The notes beneath the pieces were generated by a model that did not search any database, was not told the DNA's origin, and saw only the letters and a list, made by a program, of their open reading frames with translations. From Octopus vulgaris (taxonomy: Eukaryota): a DNA stretch of 64,000 bases. Where the stretch lies: assembly GCA_951406725.2 (NCBI GenBank), contig OX597817.1:41726001-41790000 (forward strand), in the 5' to 3' direction. Numbering within the stretch: the first letter of the stretch is position 1; every line of letters starts with the position of its first letter. Below are positions 13,992 to 25,646 of this stretch, piece after piece. The position numbers and the translations under genes were made by a program.

Positions 13992-16879
13992 TTAAAGGAC
14001 AATCACAATGTCTTACTTGATGTCAATGTAATTGAAAATTGCCTTCAGGTACTTAACTGATAACTTATTTTATCAATCTCAGCAGGATGACAAACAAGGA
14101 TGACCTCAGAGTGATTTGAGCTCCTAATGTAAAAGATCAAAACTAAATACTGCAAAGCATTTTGTCCAGTGTTCTGCTAATCTACCAGCTATTATTGACA
14201 TGTAACTTGATTATGCAGTTCATATTACTCGGACATTTTTGTAGTACACAGGTTAGCAATACCATACTCCAGAAAGTAAAGCTAAAAATAAAATCCTTAT
14301 ACCATACACAAACATTATATGCTCACAAAAAATATAAACAATACATTGGTTGATTAGTAAACAAAATATACAAAATACTATTTTGTTTTATTTTTAGCCA
14401 AACAGTACTTCATTATCTCAATACCTTTAATCTGGAAGTAGATTAAATAACAAACAAATGGTTCAGTGATTACTGCAGCAGTGTGAATTGCAGTTTTAAG
14501 TTTAGACTAAATAAAGATAAAGACTAACTGCTATAGCATAAACATTTAACTAGAATACACTCCATAGATTTTGATAGACTTTTAGCCAGAACAATTAGTT
14601 AATTATAAACAAATTATTCATAGCTGCAGCATTTTCTTCAATAAAATTATCAAATAAAAGATGAAGATTACTCATATTTTAGAAATAAATGGAACAACTT
14701 GTTATAAAAAATTTCAAACAGTAGGTTTATTCTCAATGACAGCCTTGAGGTTTTGATAGAGAAACTGAAGTAGCCGAAGGGAAAATCAGACCCCAATCCA
14801 CCCCCACCTCTCTCTTTCTACTTTCCCCACCAATAATTAGAAATCTCGTTTACTCCTTCAGCCAGAATGATTGAACTCAGTTTTATAAAACACTGAATAC
14901 ATTATGAAGGTCACTGTAACCATGTCAAGAGGAAGTGTATGAAAGGAAATAAATACTTGTGATTTCATCTTCGTCTTCTGCTAGTGTAAAGCCACAATTA
15001 AGACAACCACAACATAAGAAAAACTGCACTAGTAATTTAGATAATAAATACATCCAGGATATTGCCTGCTCCATCAAACAAATGACTTAACAAGATGGCA
15101 AAGTATTGAACAGCTCTGATAGGCCAATACAAACTTGTGAGATGCCTCAACTGCTGCTAGTAATGCTTGTTCCCATGTTAATTCCACACACACACACACA
15201 CACACACACCACCGTTATCAACTATATTCCACAAGACAAATACATTTAAGAAATGAAATCGGGCTTCCTTTGTTTAGGACACACTTAAAATGCAAACGAG
15301 GGCCTGTTTCATTGCAGAATGATGGTGTATTTATAAATTTACTATAAATAGTGAATTCTTAATTAACATATGGTAAAAATTTACTTTCATCAAAATATTC
15401 TTTCTGTGTTTAATTTTATTATTGTAACTAAATATTCAATTTAATCCATGAAGAAATGATGCAGGCCTGTATTCTATAAAAGCTGTCATTTAATGTTCCA
15501 TTAGCTTTGATTGGGCTATTGCAACAGTTGCTTTCATGCAGTTTTTCATTCAGAAAAATCTAAGGTGTTTTTAACACTGGAAACATTGAATTAATTGTAA
15601 AATCTAGGCATTTCATGAATATTTATGAAGCAGCATGAGCATTCAGAAAAGAGAAAAGCTGCAATGAATGATGGCAGAAACATAAAGGAAGGGATAGGTT
15701 GCAGAGAAGAAAAGATAGAAGAGAAAAATAAAAATTAATGGAGATGTAAAAATAGACTGAGATGAAAAATAGCACTTGTCATTTTAATTTTTAGCAGAGC
15801 TTTTATAGGTTTCCTCTTATTTTTTTTTTTTTTCTAGAAATCAATGAATGATTTCAACATTTAAAAAGCCAATGGGTATAAAATTAAATAGATCAACAAT
15901 TGTAAAGTGGATCATTTTTCCAAGATGGTTAATTTTCATTTTCTAGCTTTCTCTCTATCAAAACAGCTTTCTATAAATAGTCTAGGATTTAATTTGCTAC
16001 ATTCGACTTGATAAATTTTCTAAAAATATTAATTCTGGGAGGATAATCATTATGTATCAAAAATAAGGATGCATTTAGAAATGACATTCTATGTATCTGT
16101 GCGGTGTGTTGTCCATAGTAGATAACATCTCAATTGCTCTCTCTCTCTACACACACACACACACACACAAAACTGATATGAATTTGATGTCTAAGTGGAT
16201 TAGAATATATGGAATTGTCATAATCAAATATCTGATGGCTCTAGGTCATTTTTCTCCACATAAATATCTGATAAGACAATATTTACTTCTTTCTGACAAG
16301 ACAAGGCCAACCTTTATTCATACTAATTTTATTGATCTCCGTGAATATTGAACTAAAAACAGAAGAACATAACCAAATCCTATAAGGCATCCAATTCCAT
16401 CACGCTCCTGATTTCCAACAATCCACTGCTTAGAATCAATAAGCTGAGGTCATATGACTTAAATACCAAATATCAAAAAAAGTCAATATAAACTTAGGAA
16501 TATATATTAGTTACATCTCAAAATTTCTCTAAGTTTCATGAAAATGAATGGATTAAAAATATTAATTGAAAATATTACAAAACAGCCAGTATTTTCAGAA
16601 ATAACTAATTATGGGAACCTCAAAGATTAATTAAACAAAAATTTCTTCATTCAATATAGATAAGTGGTTATTTGAGAGGGTTGTTGCTTTTCATTTGTAA
16701 AATTTTCCTATTAGGTGCAGCTACAGTTAAGAATCTTGCTTTGCAACCACCCAGTTTTAAGTTCAGCCCTACCTTGGGCAAATGTTTTCCTTTATGGCCC
16801 CCGAGTCAATCAACATCTACTGACTGAAGTCAGTAGATAAAAACACTGTAGGAGCTCATGGTTTGTGTGTGTGTGTATG

Positions 16880-16913
<34 letters not shown>

Positions 16914-17183
16914 TGTAGCATTGATTAATATCTTCTTTCCCCACAGACTAATAACAGGTAAGAGGTATATATGTATTTTTTTAAATATGTTTAAATAATT
17001 TATAATTAATTCTAATGCACTTTATTCTTATTGGATGTTACAGTAGGCTTTAAAATGCTTATATTATTTGATTAGTATTTTGGACATAATTTTCTATGTG
17101 TACTCCAGTAAATAAGGTTGTCCTGAAACTGAAGTTGTGGTCCTATTGGTAAAATCCCAAATTTGTAATAATAAATAAATATA

Positions 17184-17217
<34 letters not shown>

Positions 17218-17218
<1 letters not shown>

Positions 17219-17600
17219 TCAGGCACATGCCGTGAGTAATTACTCAAGGTAGGCAGTTGGTGGAGTTTATGTAGTAAAACACAAAATAAGCAAAACACAG
17301 ACACAAGACCGAGTTGGAGGTAGATTTACTTCTGCCTTTATAGCGTGTATAGAAAACATTGTAGGAATGTATACAGCACATGTACTACAGCAGTACTAAG
17401 TGAAATTTTACTACTGAGATTGAAAGGCAGAGGCGAATTATGCCTACCTAACCTACAAAAAAATAAAATATTTTGCATAACAATCAGAGAAACGTTCATA
17501 ATTTTATTGAATTTGTTGCATATTTTATCATAAAAGGAAAATGTTACGATCGATTTATTTCATTCGGGGTAGGCACTGCCTACCTAGACAGCACGTCAGA
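17218..17600. mobile_element. Non-autonomous DNA transposon (MITE, hAT-like)
   Basis: Imperfect inverted termini CAGGCACATGCCGT..AGGTAGGCAGT / ACTGCCTACCTAGACAGCACGTC. Confidence 0.5.
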
Positions 17601-18165
17601 TATACATAGCTATTATATATACACATACACCCATGACTATATGTGTTTAGGTTTGTTCCCCCACCACTGCTTAACAGGTGTGTGTTAGTTTATGTTCATA
17701 TAAGTTAGCATTTCAACAAGCGACTGATAGAACCAGATTTTTTTTTTTAATAAGTACTAGGGTTGATTTGTACAACTAAACCTTTCAAGGCAGTGCCCTA
17801 GCATGGCCACAGTCAAAAGGTTAAAGTAGGGGGAGGGGAATGATTTCAGCTTGGGAAGAATAAGAAGTTATTGTCAAAGAACATGTAAAAAAGCAAATGC
17901 AGAGATGCAATCAGTCCTTCGTGACTCACAAAAGAAAATAGATATGTGAAGCTATATCAGTAAAACCAATTACACATTGAAGATAAAAACTAAGTTTATG
18001 TTCAACAGCAAAATCTACAAGGAAATAAACCACCACCCACAAATACATGCAAATTCCACAATATATTAATACATCCTTCTTTGACAAGGCTTCACCATAT
18101 GCAACAATTCACAATAAGATAACTAGAAATGCTTAGCCCGTTATCTCATTTCTCTCCATAATCAC

Positions 18166-18186
18166 CTTTATATTCAATATTAGACA
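18166..18186 (-). other. Candidate 21-nt microexon
   Basis: TCATATTGTTGTTTTCAG|TGTCTAATATTGAATATAAAG|GTGATT; TGCATG ~115 nt downstream; donor only moderate. Confidence 0.2.
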
Positions 18187-18294
18187 CTGAAAACAACAAT
18201 ATGAAATTGATAAAATATACAAGATTATGGAACAGTTTTGTTTTTTATATATTAATTTTTAAAGCAGATCCTATAGGTTTCAGTTTATAAAAGT

Positions 18295-18343
<49 letters not shown>

Positions 18344-18543
18344 AGAGGTAATGGTGTCATTGAGACCCAAAGGTGTCGGGTAATGCTGAATAAGTACTAT
18401 AGACAGACCATAGTTAAGTTCTAGATTCGGTAATATTGTGAATAAAGGGTTCAACGATGGTTCTATGTCAGCGTGTGTATATAAGAATTTTTTGCGTAAT
18501 AAGAAAAAACTAACGCTGTATAGATAAGAGCATTTATAGATAG

Positions 18544-18591
18544 GTCTTACAGCTATTTCTAGGATATTAATAATATCCCTTCATCGGAGAC
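18544..18591 (-). ncRNA. Minimal type-I hammerhead ribozyme motif (CCGAUGA core variant)
   Basis: GTCT-CCGATGA-A-GGGATATT att AATATCCT-A-GAAA-TAGCTG-TA-AGAC: helix I GTCT/AGAC, helix II hairpin, near-palindromic helix III. Confidence 0.6.
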
Positions 18592-18682
18592 AGTGTGAGA
18601 GGAAAAAAAGTCACTCACTCCACCTCACTCTCCATTTTGTATCACATCTAAACTAACTATGATTTAATTTTCTTCTGACACC

Positions 18683-18734
18683 GTCTCCGATGAAGGGATA
18701 TTATTAATTAATATCCTAGAAACAGCCGTAAGAC
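18683..18734 (+). ncRNA. Minimal type-I hammerhead ribozyme motif (CCGAUGA core variant)
   Basis: GTCT-CCGATGA-A-GGGATATT attaatt AATATCCT-A-GAAA-CAGCCG-TA-AGAC. Confidence 0.6.
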
Positions 18735-18792
18735 CTATCTATAAATGCTCTAATATCTATACAGCCTTGGTTTTTTTATTACGCAAAATATT

Positions 18793-18837
<45 letters not shown>

Positions 18838-19958
18838 GTTTACATTGTGTTTTTACAACATAACTCATCTTCATTTACTGTCAGTTTTTTTTTTTATGCT
18901 GGTGTGAGGCGGATGGTTAGAAAGGATTCAAGAAGCTCTGGAGGACTGCATTGAGTGCCAATGTCAGTTTTGACATGGTTTTTGCAGCTGGATGCTCTTC
19001 CCAACAGCAACAAATTTACAGTGTGTACTAGGTGCGTCATATTTTTTTCCTTGTGTAGGTGTGTCTTTGGCACTAATGAGGCTGTCGAGCAACTTAGAAG
19101 ACAATAGAAGAGAAGGCTAAAAGAAACCCTCAACTGAGGATGAGGGGGTGTATTTGGCTACTAGTAAAGTTATATTAATAGATTTAATGCAGAGAGCAAT
19201 AAAAAGTTAATTAGAAATAATTATGCAATGAGATAAAAGACAATATTAATGTCCAATATTCTAATTATTCCAGCAAGTAGACAAGACAACTTGAGATATT
19301 TTGGTTCGTTAAACTTCCTCAGCAAAGCACAGACTTAACCATAATTGTTGAAGTAGTTTTCAGAGAATCACTAAAATGCACAATATTGTACACAGTTTCT
19401 TGTGTTAAATTTTAGAGACTAAATTAATGAGACACCTGATTGCTGTGGTAAAAAGTTTTATGAGCCTTGTCAGATTGTCGCAGTACCACCAAAGGCTATA
19501 GTGATTCAAGAGAGACACAGTGGAAGGATTTACCCTCATTTTCTAGGTCTACATTAAAAGCTGAAAAGGAGGTTTCCAGATGAACTGAAGGAATACTGCA
19601 AAGGTTCTATAAGGCTATAAATTTCAATTACTATCAGCAAAGTTACAAAAGAATGAGTCTGAGCATGGCAAAGATTGATTATCAGAAAGCCTTTGACACT
19701 ACTCCCCACAATGGATCCTAGAAATGTTGGCTATGAATAAGGAAGAATGAGTAACAAAAAGATACATGAAAAATCATGAATAAATAGCAAGCAATTTGCA
19801 TAAAGGAAAAAGGGAACTGTAACAAAAATTCTGTTAGAGAAATATTCCTTAAGAATTCTTATTTCATTCCTTTTCTGACTGCCATTAACGGCAACAATCA
19901 ATCATCCTTTGTTTATGCACAATTTCAACTTGTAAGCTATAGATAAACAACTAGAAAC

Positions 19959-20380
19959 ACAGGAGTGGCTGTGTGGTAAGTAGCTTGCTTACCAACCACA
20001 TGGTTCCGGGTTCAGTCCCACTGCGTGGCATCTTGGGCAAGTGTCTTCTGCTATAGCCCCGGGCCGACCAATGCCTTGTGAGTGGATTTGGTAGACGGAA
20101 ACTGAAAGAAGCCCGTCGTATATATGTATGTATATGTATGTGTGTGTGTGTGTTTGTGTGTCTGTGTTTGTCCCCCTAGCATTGCTTGACAACCGATGCT
20201 GGTGTGTTTACGTCCCCGTCACTTAGCGGTTCGGCAAAAAAAGTAACCGATAGAATAAGTACTGGGCTTACAAAAGAATAAGTCCCGGGGTCGATTTGCT
20301 CGACTAAAAAGGCGGTGCTCCAGCATGGCCGCAGTCAAATGACTGAAACAAGTAAAAGAGTAAAAGAGAAAAAAAGAGTA
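19959..20380 (+). mobile_element. Full-length young tRNA-derived SINE, family A
   Basis: Head GGAGTGGCTGTGTGGTAAG...GGTTCAGTCCC (A/B-box-like), internal (TA/TG)n, tail (GTAAAAGA)n; CpGs retained. Confidence 0.92.
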
Positions 20381-20533
20381 CTACAGCAGACAGTACATGA
20401 AGTTACAAAAGAAATTGAAAGGAGATTCAGATTTTGAAAATGCACCAAGATAACACTGAAGTGAGGAAAATTATGACCACCAATATAATACATTATTTAC
20501 ATTTGACAAATATTTGTCCTTATCTTTGTTGTT

Positions 20534-20579
20534 GACACAACATTTCAGCTAATATACTCTCCAGCCTTCATCAGGTGTC
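20534..20579 (-). ncRNA. Minimal type-I hammerhead ribozyme motif
   Basis: GACAC-CTGATGA-A-GGCTG gagagtatat TAGCT-GAAA-TG-TT-GTGTC; intact CUGAUGA/GAAA core and 5-bp helix I. Confidence 0.75.
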
Positions 20580-20810
20580 TTGGGGAAATTTCAAACCTGG
20601 GTTCTCATTCCTAAGATATTTATCAATATTATTATTGATATTATTATTATTATTATTCAGGTCACTACCTGAAATAGAATCTTGAGGTTAGTAGCCTGTG
20701 CTCTTAACCAAGATTCCGAGTTCTATTCCAGGCAGTGACCTGAATAATAATAATAATAATAATAATAGAAATACCTTAAGAATGAGAACCCAGATTCAAA
20801 ATTTCCCCAA

Positions 20811-20856
20811 GACACCTAATGAAGGCTGGAGGGTATATCAGCCGAAACATTGTGTT
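20811..20856 (+). ncRNA. Minimal type-I hammerhead ribozyme motif, core mutated (CTAATGA)
   Basis: GACAC-CTAATGA-A-GGCTG gagggtatat CAGCC-GAAA-CA-TT-GTGTT. Confidence 0.6.
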
Positions 20857-22140
20857 AATAACAAACAAGATGAGGACAAATATCCGTTGAATGTAAATAA
20901 TGTAAATAGTGTACATAATTCCTCATCTCTTAAATATTGAGCTGTATAATATAATACTAGTTAAAGAAACTTAGGTTAAGAGAATTACAACACAGACAAT
21001 TACTTAGGAATCGAACTAATATTAAGAAGAGATATAAATGCATCAGATTAATTAAAACAGCTAAATGCAAAAACAAAACAAAACAAAAAAAGGTACGAAT
21101 ATACTGTCCAGTTAATAAGTTATATTCTCAACTAGATGTTAAAAAATAATGATTGCATTTAGAATACACAATCCAAAATCTGAAGTAGAAAGATTTATCA
21201 TAAAGAGAGGTAGGGATCATGCGCAACAAGAAAGCTTAAAATATCTAGTAAGGGATAATGGAAAACTAATACAAATATGAACAGAACAAAATTTTTTTTT
21301 CTTTAAGTAAGCTAACAAATACATAAATGAAGCTGACATGACTTTTGAAGAAAAAGTAAAAGCCAACAAAAATTGTGAAAGATTAAATCTAAGCTAAAAA
21401 TAGGACAATAGAATACCATGGTAAAGTGAAAGCAAGAAAAGCCCCCATATGGCCAACACCTGAAAAGGTGGAAGAAGACAAGGAAAATTTGAAATACTGG
21501 ATGTGAAGCACAATCATGGCACAAGTCCAAGGCCTTTCCAGCAGAAACCACAAGAAGCATGTAATGAAGTAGAGCATAGCAGCTGTAGAATATGTGGAAA
21601 TGAAGAAACAATTAACCATATTGTTTCAAGTTCCTCAGTCAAGAAAGAAATATGTACCAATGTTAAACAGTTGGGGGTTTACATGCACTGGAAGTTAAGA
21701 CAGCATTATGAAAAACCTACAGAATAGACAAAGTATACATTGAAAAAGGTCTCAGTGATTGAAAAAGCAAGAGTCTGCAATATGCCAATACATACACAGA
21801 CAGACAGACATCATATATCTTGTGAAGACAAGTGCCTCACCAAATATCAGTTCCAATAGATGATAATGGATCTTATAGGAAAGGAAAAACTATTCAAATA
21901 TAAAAATCTGGGAATAAGGAAAAACCCAATACAGTGGGCCTGAAAACAGAAACATTCTCTAATAATAGGTGCCTATGAAATCATTAAGAAAAGAAAACCC
22001 AAAAGCATGCAATACATAACCAAAACTCCAGGACTTCCAAATATGCACAATATACAGAAAATAGCATAATGAATGAAATGGGAAATAAGGTGAGCTTCTA
22101 ACAAAGTAGGAAGTTTTAAAAAACCTATCTCGGTGCTTAC

Positions 22141-22452
22141 CAGACTATCCAAAATAGCAGGATCTTTGTAGATCCACATTTCTTTGACAGTATTCTTCGG
22201 AAGAGATGCTTTTACACCCAAAATATAAAGTTTTGTAAAACTTACTGCAATGCAAAAAGCTGTCTTTATTTCTTATTTTGTTCATTTTTCTACTACTGCA
22301 CTAAAATGCTTCAAGCAAACTATTATACTCTACAGAAAATTCATTACAGGCACTATTACACTTGTAGAGATATTTCACTACAATAGAAACAAAACCAGAA
22401 TAGACACCATATACACAAGACATAGAGCCACACTCAGTAGCGCAGTGATAAT
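22141..22452 (-). other. Candidate exon (possible 5'UTR plus start MWIYKDPAILDSL at 22179-22141)
   Basis: Acceptor TTTTTTTATCCTATTTTGATTGCAG|, donor CTG|GTAAGC; alternative donor GCA|GTAAGT after 22246; no homology recognised. Confidence 0.25.
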
Positions 22453-23324
22453 CTGCAATCAAAATAGGATAAAAAAAATCAAAGGTTCTAGTACTCAACA
22501 GGTACTTAATTTTGATATCAAAATGCTGAGAGGCAAAGTTAATCATGATGGGATTTGAACTCAAAAAATAACTGAAAGACATGCCATTAAGCATTATGTC
22601 CAGCATGCTAACGATTCTGCCAGCTCAATATCCTTAATAATAATAATAATAATAATGGAACAACATTGGGAAATTTTGATTAACTAAAAAAGTCCCTGAT
22701 ATCAATCATGGATGCATAATTATTTACCCCAGCATTTAACTTCATTAATTTCTCTGAGATTTAAGAATTTAAATACTACAATAAATAAACCAATGAGTGA
22801 GCCTACACGTGGTCACACAACCTGTTAGCAATAGTAGCTAAATTTCCTACTAACCACATTATACAGTCATTGAAAAAAAAAAAAACGGGGGTGGGAGCAC
22901 ATAGGATACTGTAGCTTATTTCTAGAGTGTCGTTATACTTGAAAAACAGAAAATTGATGGAGTGGTCAATGCAAATGCCTTTGATCATACATGTGCTCAA
23001 TCAGGATTGACTTAAGTCTGATCAACACTATAATGCTGCTAAACTGTGAGAGAGAGAGAGAGAGAGATCTTTTTCTTTTGCCTCAGATGAACTAAGCTTT
23101 TACTCTATAATTAAACCATTGCCTTCTCAACAACCTACCAATAATTTCATATGTCAATTAGATATCAAGTGATCAATCTCTCTTCATAAACTAAAAATAA
23201 AAACACCACCCTTAAATGTCACCTGGAAAGTACAGCATTCATTACCCTCCCTGTCTCCCTGTGATGAATATTATTCTAGTGCCAACCGAATTTCAACTCC
23301 AAATGCAACTCAATCTTCTCAGAA

Positions 23325-23516
23325 ACATTGGCAATCCAGGCAAAATGCGTAGTATTTCGTCTGTCTTTATGTTCTGAGTTCAAATTCTACCGGTGTCAAC
23401 TTTGCCTTTCATCCTTTCAGGGTCAATAAATGAAGTACCAGTTGCATATGGGGGTCGATCGAAACGACTGGACCCCTCCAAAAATTTTGGGCCTTGTGCT
23501 TAGAGTGGAAAAGAAT
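23325..23516 (+). mobile_element. tRNA-derived SINE, family B (Nin-domain-like)
   Basis: GTTCTGAGTTCAAATTC...GCCTTTCATCCTTTCAGGGTCAATAAATGAAGTACCAG. Confidence 0.8.
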
Positions 23517-25236
23517 ATTCTCCATGATTTTACATTTCAGGCAAATGGTATTTGTCCTTTTACAGAAATAAAATCCAACTATAATTATTTTGAACAAGAA
23601 ATATACTCTCCACAACTATATAGATAAACTACAATAAATTAGTTCAAGCCAAGCAATAAGGGAACTACTGAGTGGTCATGCAACTTGCGGAAATAGCAAC
23701 CAAATATCCGTTGAATTACACCATGCCTTCTAAGTAAAGAAATGGAGACCTTTAGATAATGCAAGCCTAGATACACCTAAAAAATAAATGGAGTGGACAT
23801 GGCTGGGAAACTAAGCAACTAGAAATGTTTCTTTGAGGTTCAAATCAAGATGTTCTAACACTCACCAAATAAGGAAAATTGGGAAAGTAAAGAATAAACT
23901 ATGTGGGTTTGGTTTCAGTCCCACTCCATGGCACCGTGAGCAGGTGTCTTCTACTATAGATCCAGGCCAACTAGAGCTTTGCAAGTGGATTTGATATATG
24001 GAAACTGAAAAGCTTATTTACTATGTGTATGCATGTGCCCTTGTCTTGACATCCCACGATGGTTCTAAACAAGCATCACCAGAAGGAGATCCAGCCAGAG
24101 CAAACCTGTATTACGCTTTATCTAATCCATGCAAGCATGAAAAAGCAGACACTAAAATGATTATTTGAAACTATTTCTACAACAATTATTCTAAAAATTA
24201 CTAAAATCTTAATTTAAAATATATTTTAAACACTTTAGAAATTCTGTTTGTCTATAATTTTATTATTTTTAAAACTTCAAACCATGTTCTATTTAACTCA
24301 ATTACTGATAATTCCAATGACTGATAATTCAATTTTTAACCAAAATAAATTTAGAACTAGCTATTAAATACGTCTGAAGATAGGCATTCGCAAATATATA
24401 TATATAATTCATAACATGAGCAGACACATCTTACACTTCCATTCTTAATACTTTAGAATCACTAAATATGAAAGCAGTATAAGAATCTATACAAAATACT
24501 GAACACAAAGTTTATTCACTAAATTAATGGAGAGATAAGTTTTATATATATATAATATGTGACAAAAAAAAAAGTTTACAATTCAATCTTGTTGAAAAGA
24601 AAAATACCATAGGTTGGTAGATAAGATATATAAAACATACAAGTAGGCAGCACAAATAATTACATTAAAATTAGTATTCAACTGAAGGAAATATTTTGTA
24701 TTTATTTATTCAACACATTTTATTTAAATTTATTGGCCCATATAGAAATTTATGCAATAAACTAGAATTCCAAAAGATAAGACAAATCTTGAATGTAATT
24801 CCAGTATTTGGGTGAGTTGTTCTTATTTCAGCAATGAAAACCTTTGACAGTAAAGAAACTCTGACTTTATATTTTATATCCGATTCCTCAACACAAGACA
24901 TTAAGTATCGGAAGGGAATTGTATGGGTTGCTTGGCCTACAAGAAATGGTAGCTAAATCATTATTTTTCCATCTTTGAAGTAAGATGCACTGTATAATGT
25001 AGGCTTAAGTACATTGCCTGTGTAGAAAAGGGGAGGGGCAGATAAAATAATCAGTAATGTCATGTCTGATTATGTCTGCTAGAACATGGCTAGTCTGGGA
25101 CTAAACAATGCTAATTCAGCTATCTTTCAATTACAATAATTAGCTTCCTTGGAAAAGTGTATTTATAACCTTGAGTAAACTAATTTACCCAAATTTAAAT
25201 TTTCCATGCAATGAAAGCCTTTCCAAATGTAGGGTT

Positions 25237-25269
<33 letters not shown>

Positions 25270-25286
25270 CTATATATATATATATA

Positions 25287-25596
25287 TCATCGTTTAATGT
25301 CTGTTTTCCATGCTAGCATGAGTTAGACGGTTCGCCCAGGGTCTGGGAAGCCAGAAGGCTGCACCAGGCTTGTCTGATCTGGCAGTGTTTCTACAGCTGG
25401 ATGCCCTTCCTAACGCCAACCACTCCGTGAGTGTAGTGGGTGCTTTTTACATGCCACCAGCACAGGTGCCAGGCGAAGCTGGCAATGGCCATGATTGGTT
25501 GGAGCTTTTTACGTGCCACCAGTACGGAAGCCAGCCAAGGCGAGGCTGGCATCGGCCACGTTCAAATGGTACTTTTTACGTGCCACCGGCACAGGG

Positions 25597-25598
<2 letters not shown>
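25287..25598 (-). mobile_element. Young RTE-tailed SINE-like repeat between (AT)n tracts
   Basis: CATCGTTTAATGTCTGTTTTCCATGCTAGCATG...; three internal TTTTAC(A/G)TGCCACC units; CpG-rich. Confidence 0.85.

Positions 25599-25646
<48 letters not shown>

Larger units (their letters stand above)
18341..18800. mobile_element. Penelope-type non-coding element (inverted pseudo-LTR pair with hammerhead motifs)
   Basis: ~130-bp inverted arms at ~18478-18609 and ~18668-18800, each containing a hammerhead-like core; flanked by (AC)n and (AT)n. Confidence 0.75.
20492..20947. mobile_element. tRNA-headed, hammerhead-bearing short retroelement in inverted (head-to-head) configuration with 10-bp TSD
   Basis: TSD AATATAATAC at 20482-20491 and 20948-20957; ~200-bp inverted arms; central tRNA-like GGTTAAGAGC..GGCTACTAACC..AAGATTCCGAGTTCTATTCC. 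Confidence 0.85.
19350..22080 (+). mobile_element. Decayed R4/Dong-clade (REL-endonuclease) non-LTR retrotransposon, interrupted by younger insertions
   Basis: LSMAKIDYQKAFDTTPH.WILEML (~19657-19730, RT); KCTKITLK*GKL (~20440); CRICGNEETINHIVS...VYMHWKL (~21585-21700, CCHC knuckle); YKNL...IIGAYEIIKK (~21900-21990, REL domain). Confidence 0.8.

Noticed and set aside
16930-16965. Plus-strand 11-nt microexon (CCCCACAG|ACTAATAACAG|GTAAGA)
   Set aside because: Within a decayed family A SINE and opposite to the inferred transcription direction
20655-20745. Functional tRNA gene
   Set aside because: Split across an inversion, lacks an acceptor stem and an intact B box; it is a SINE head
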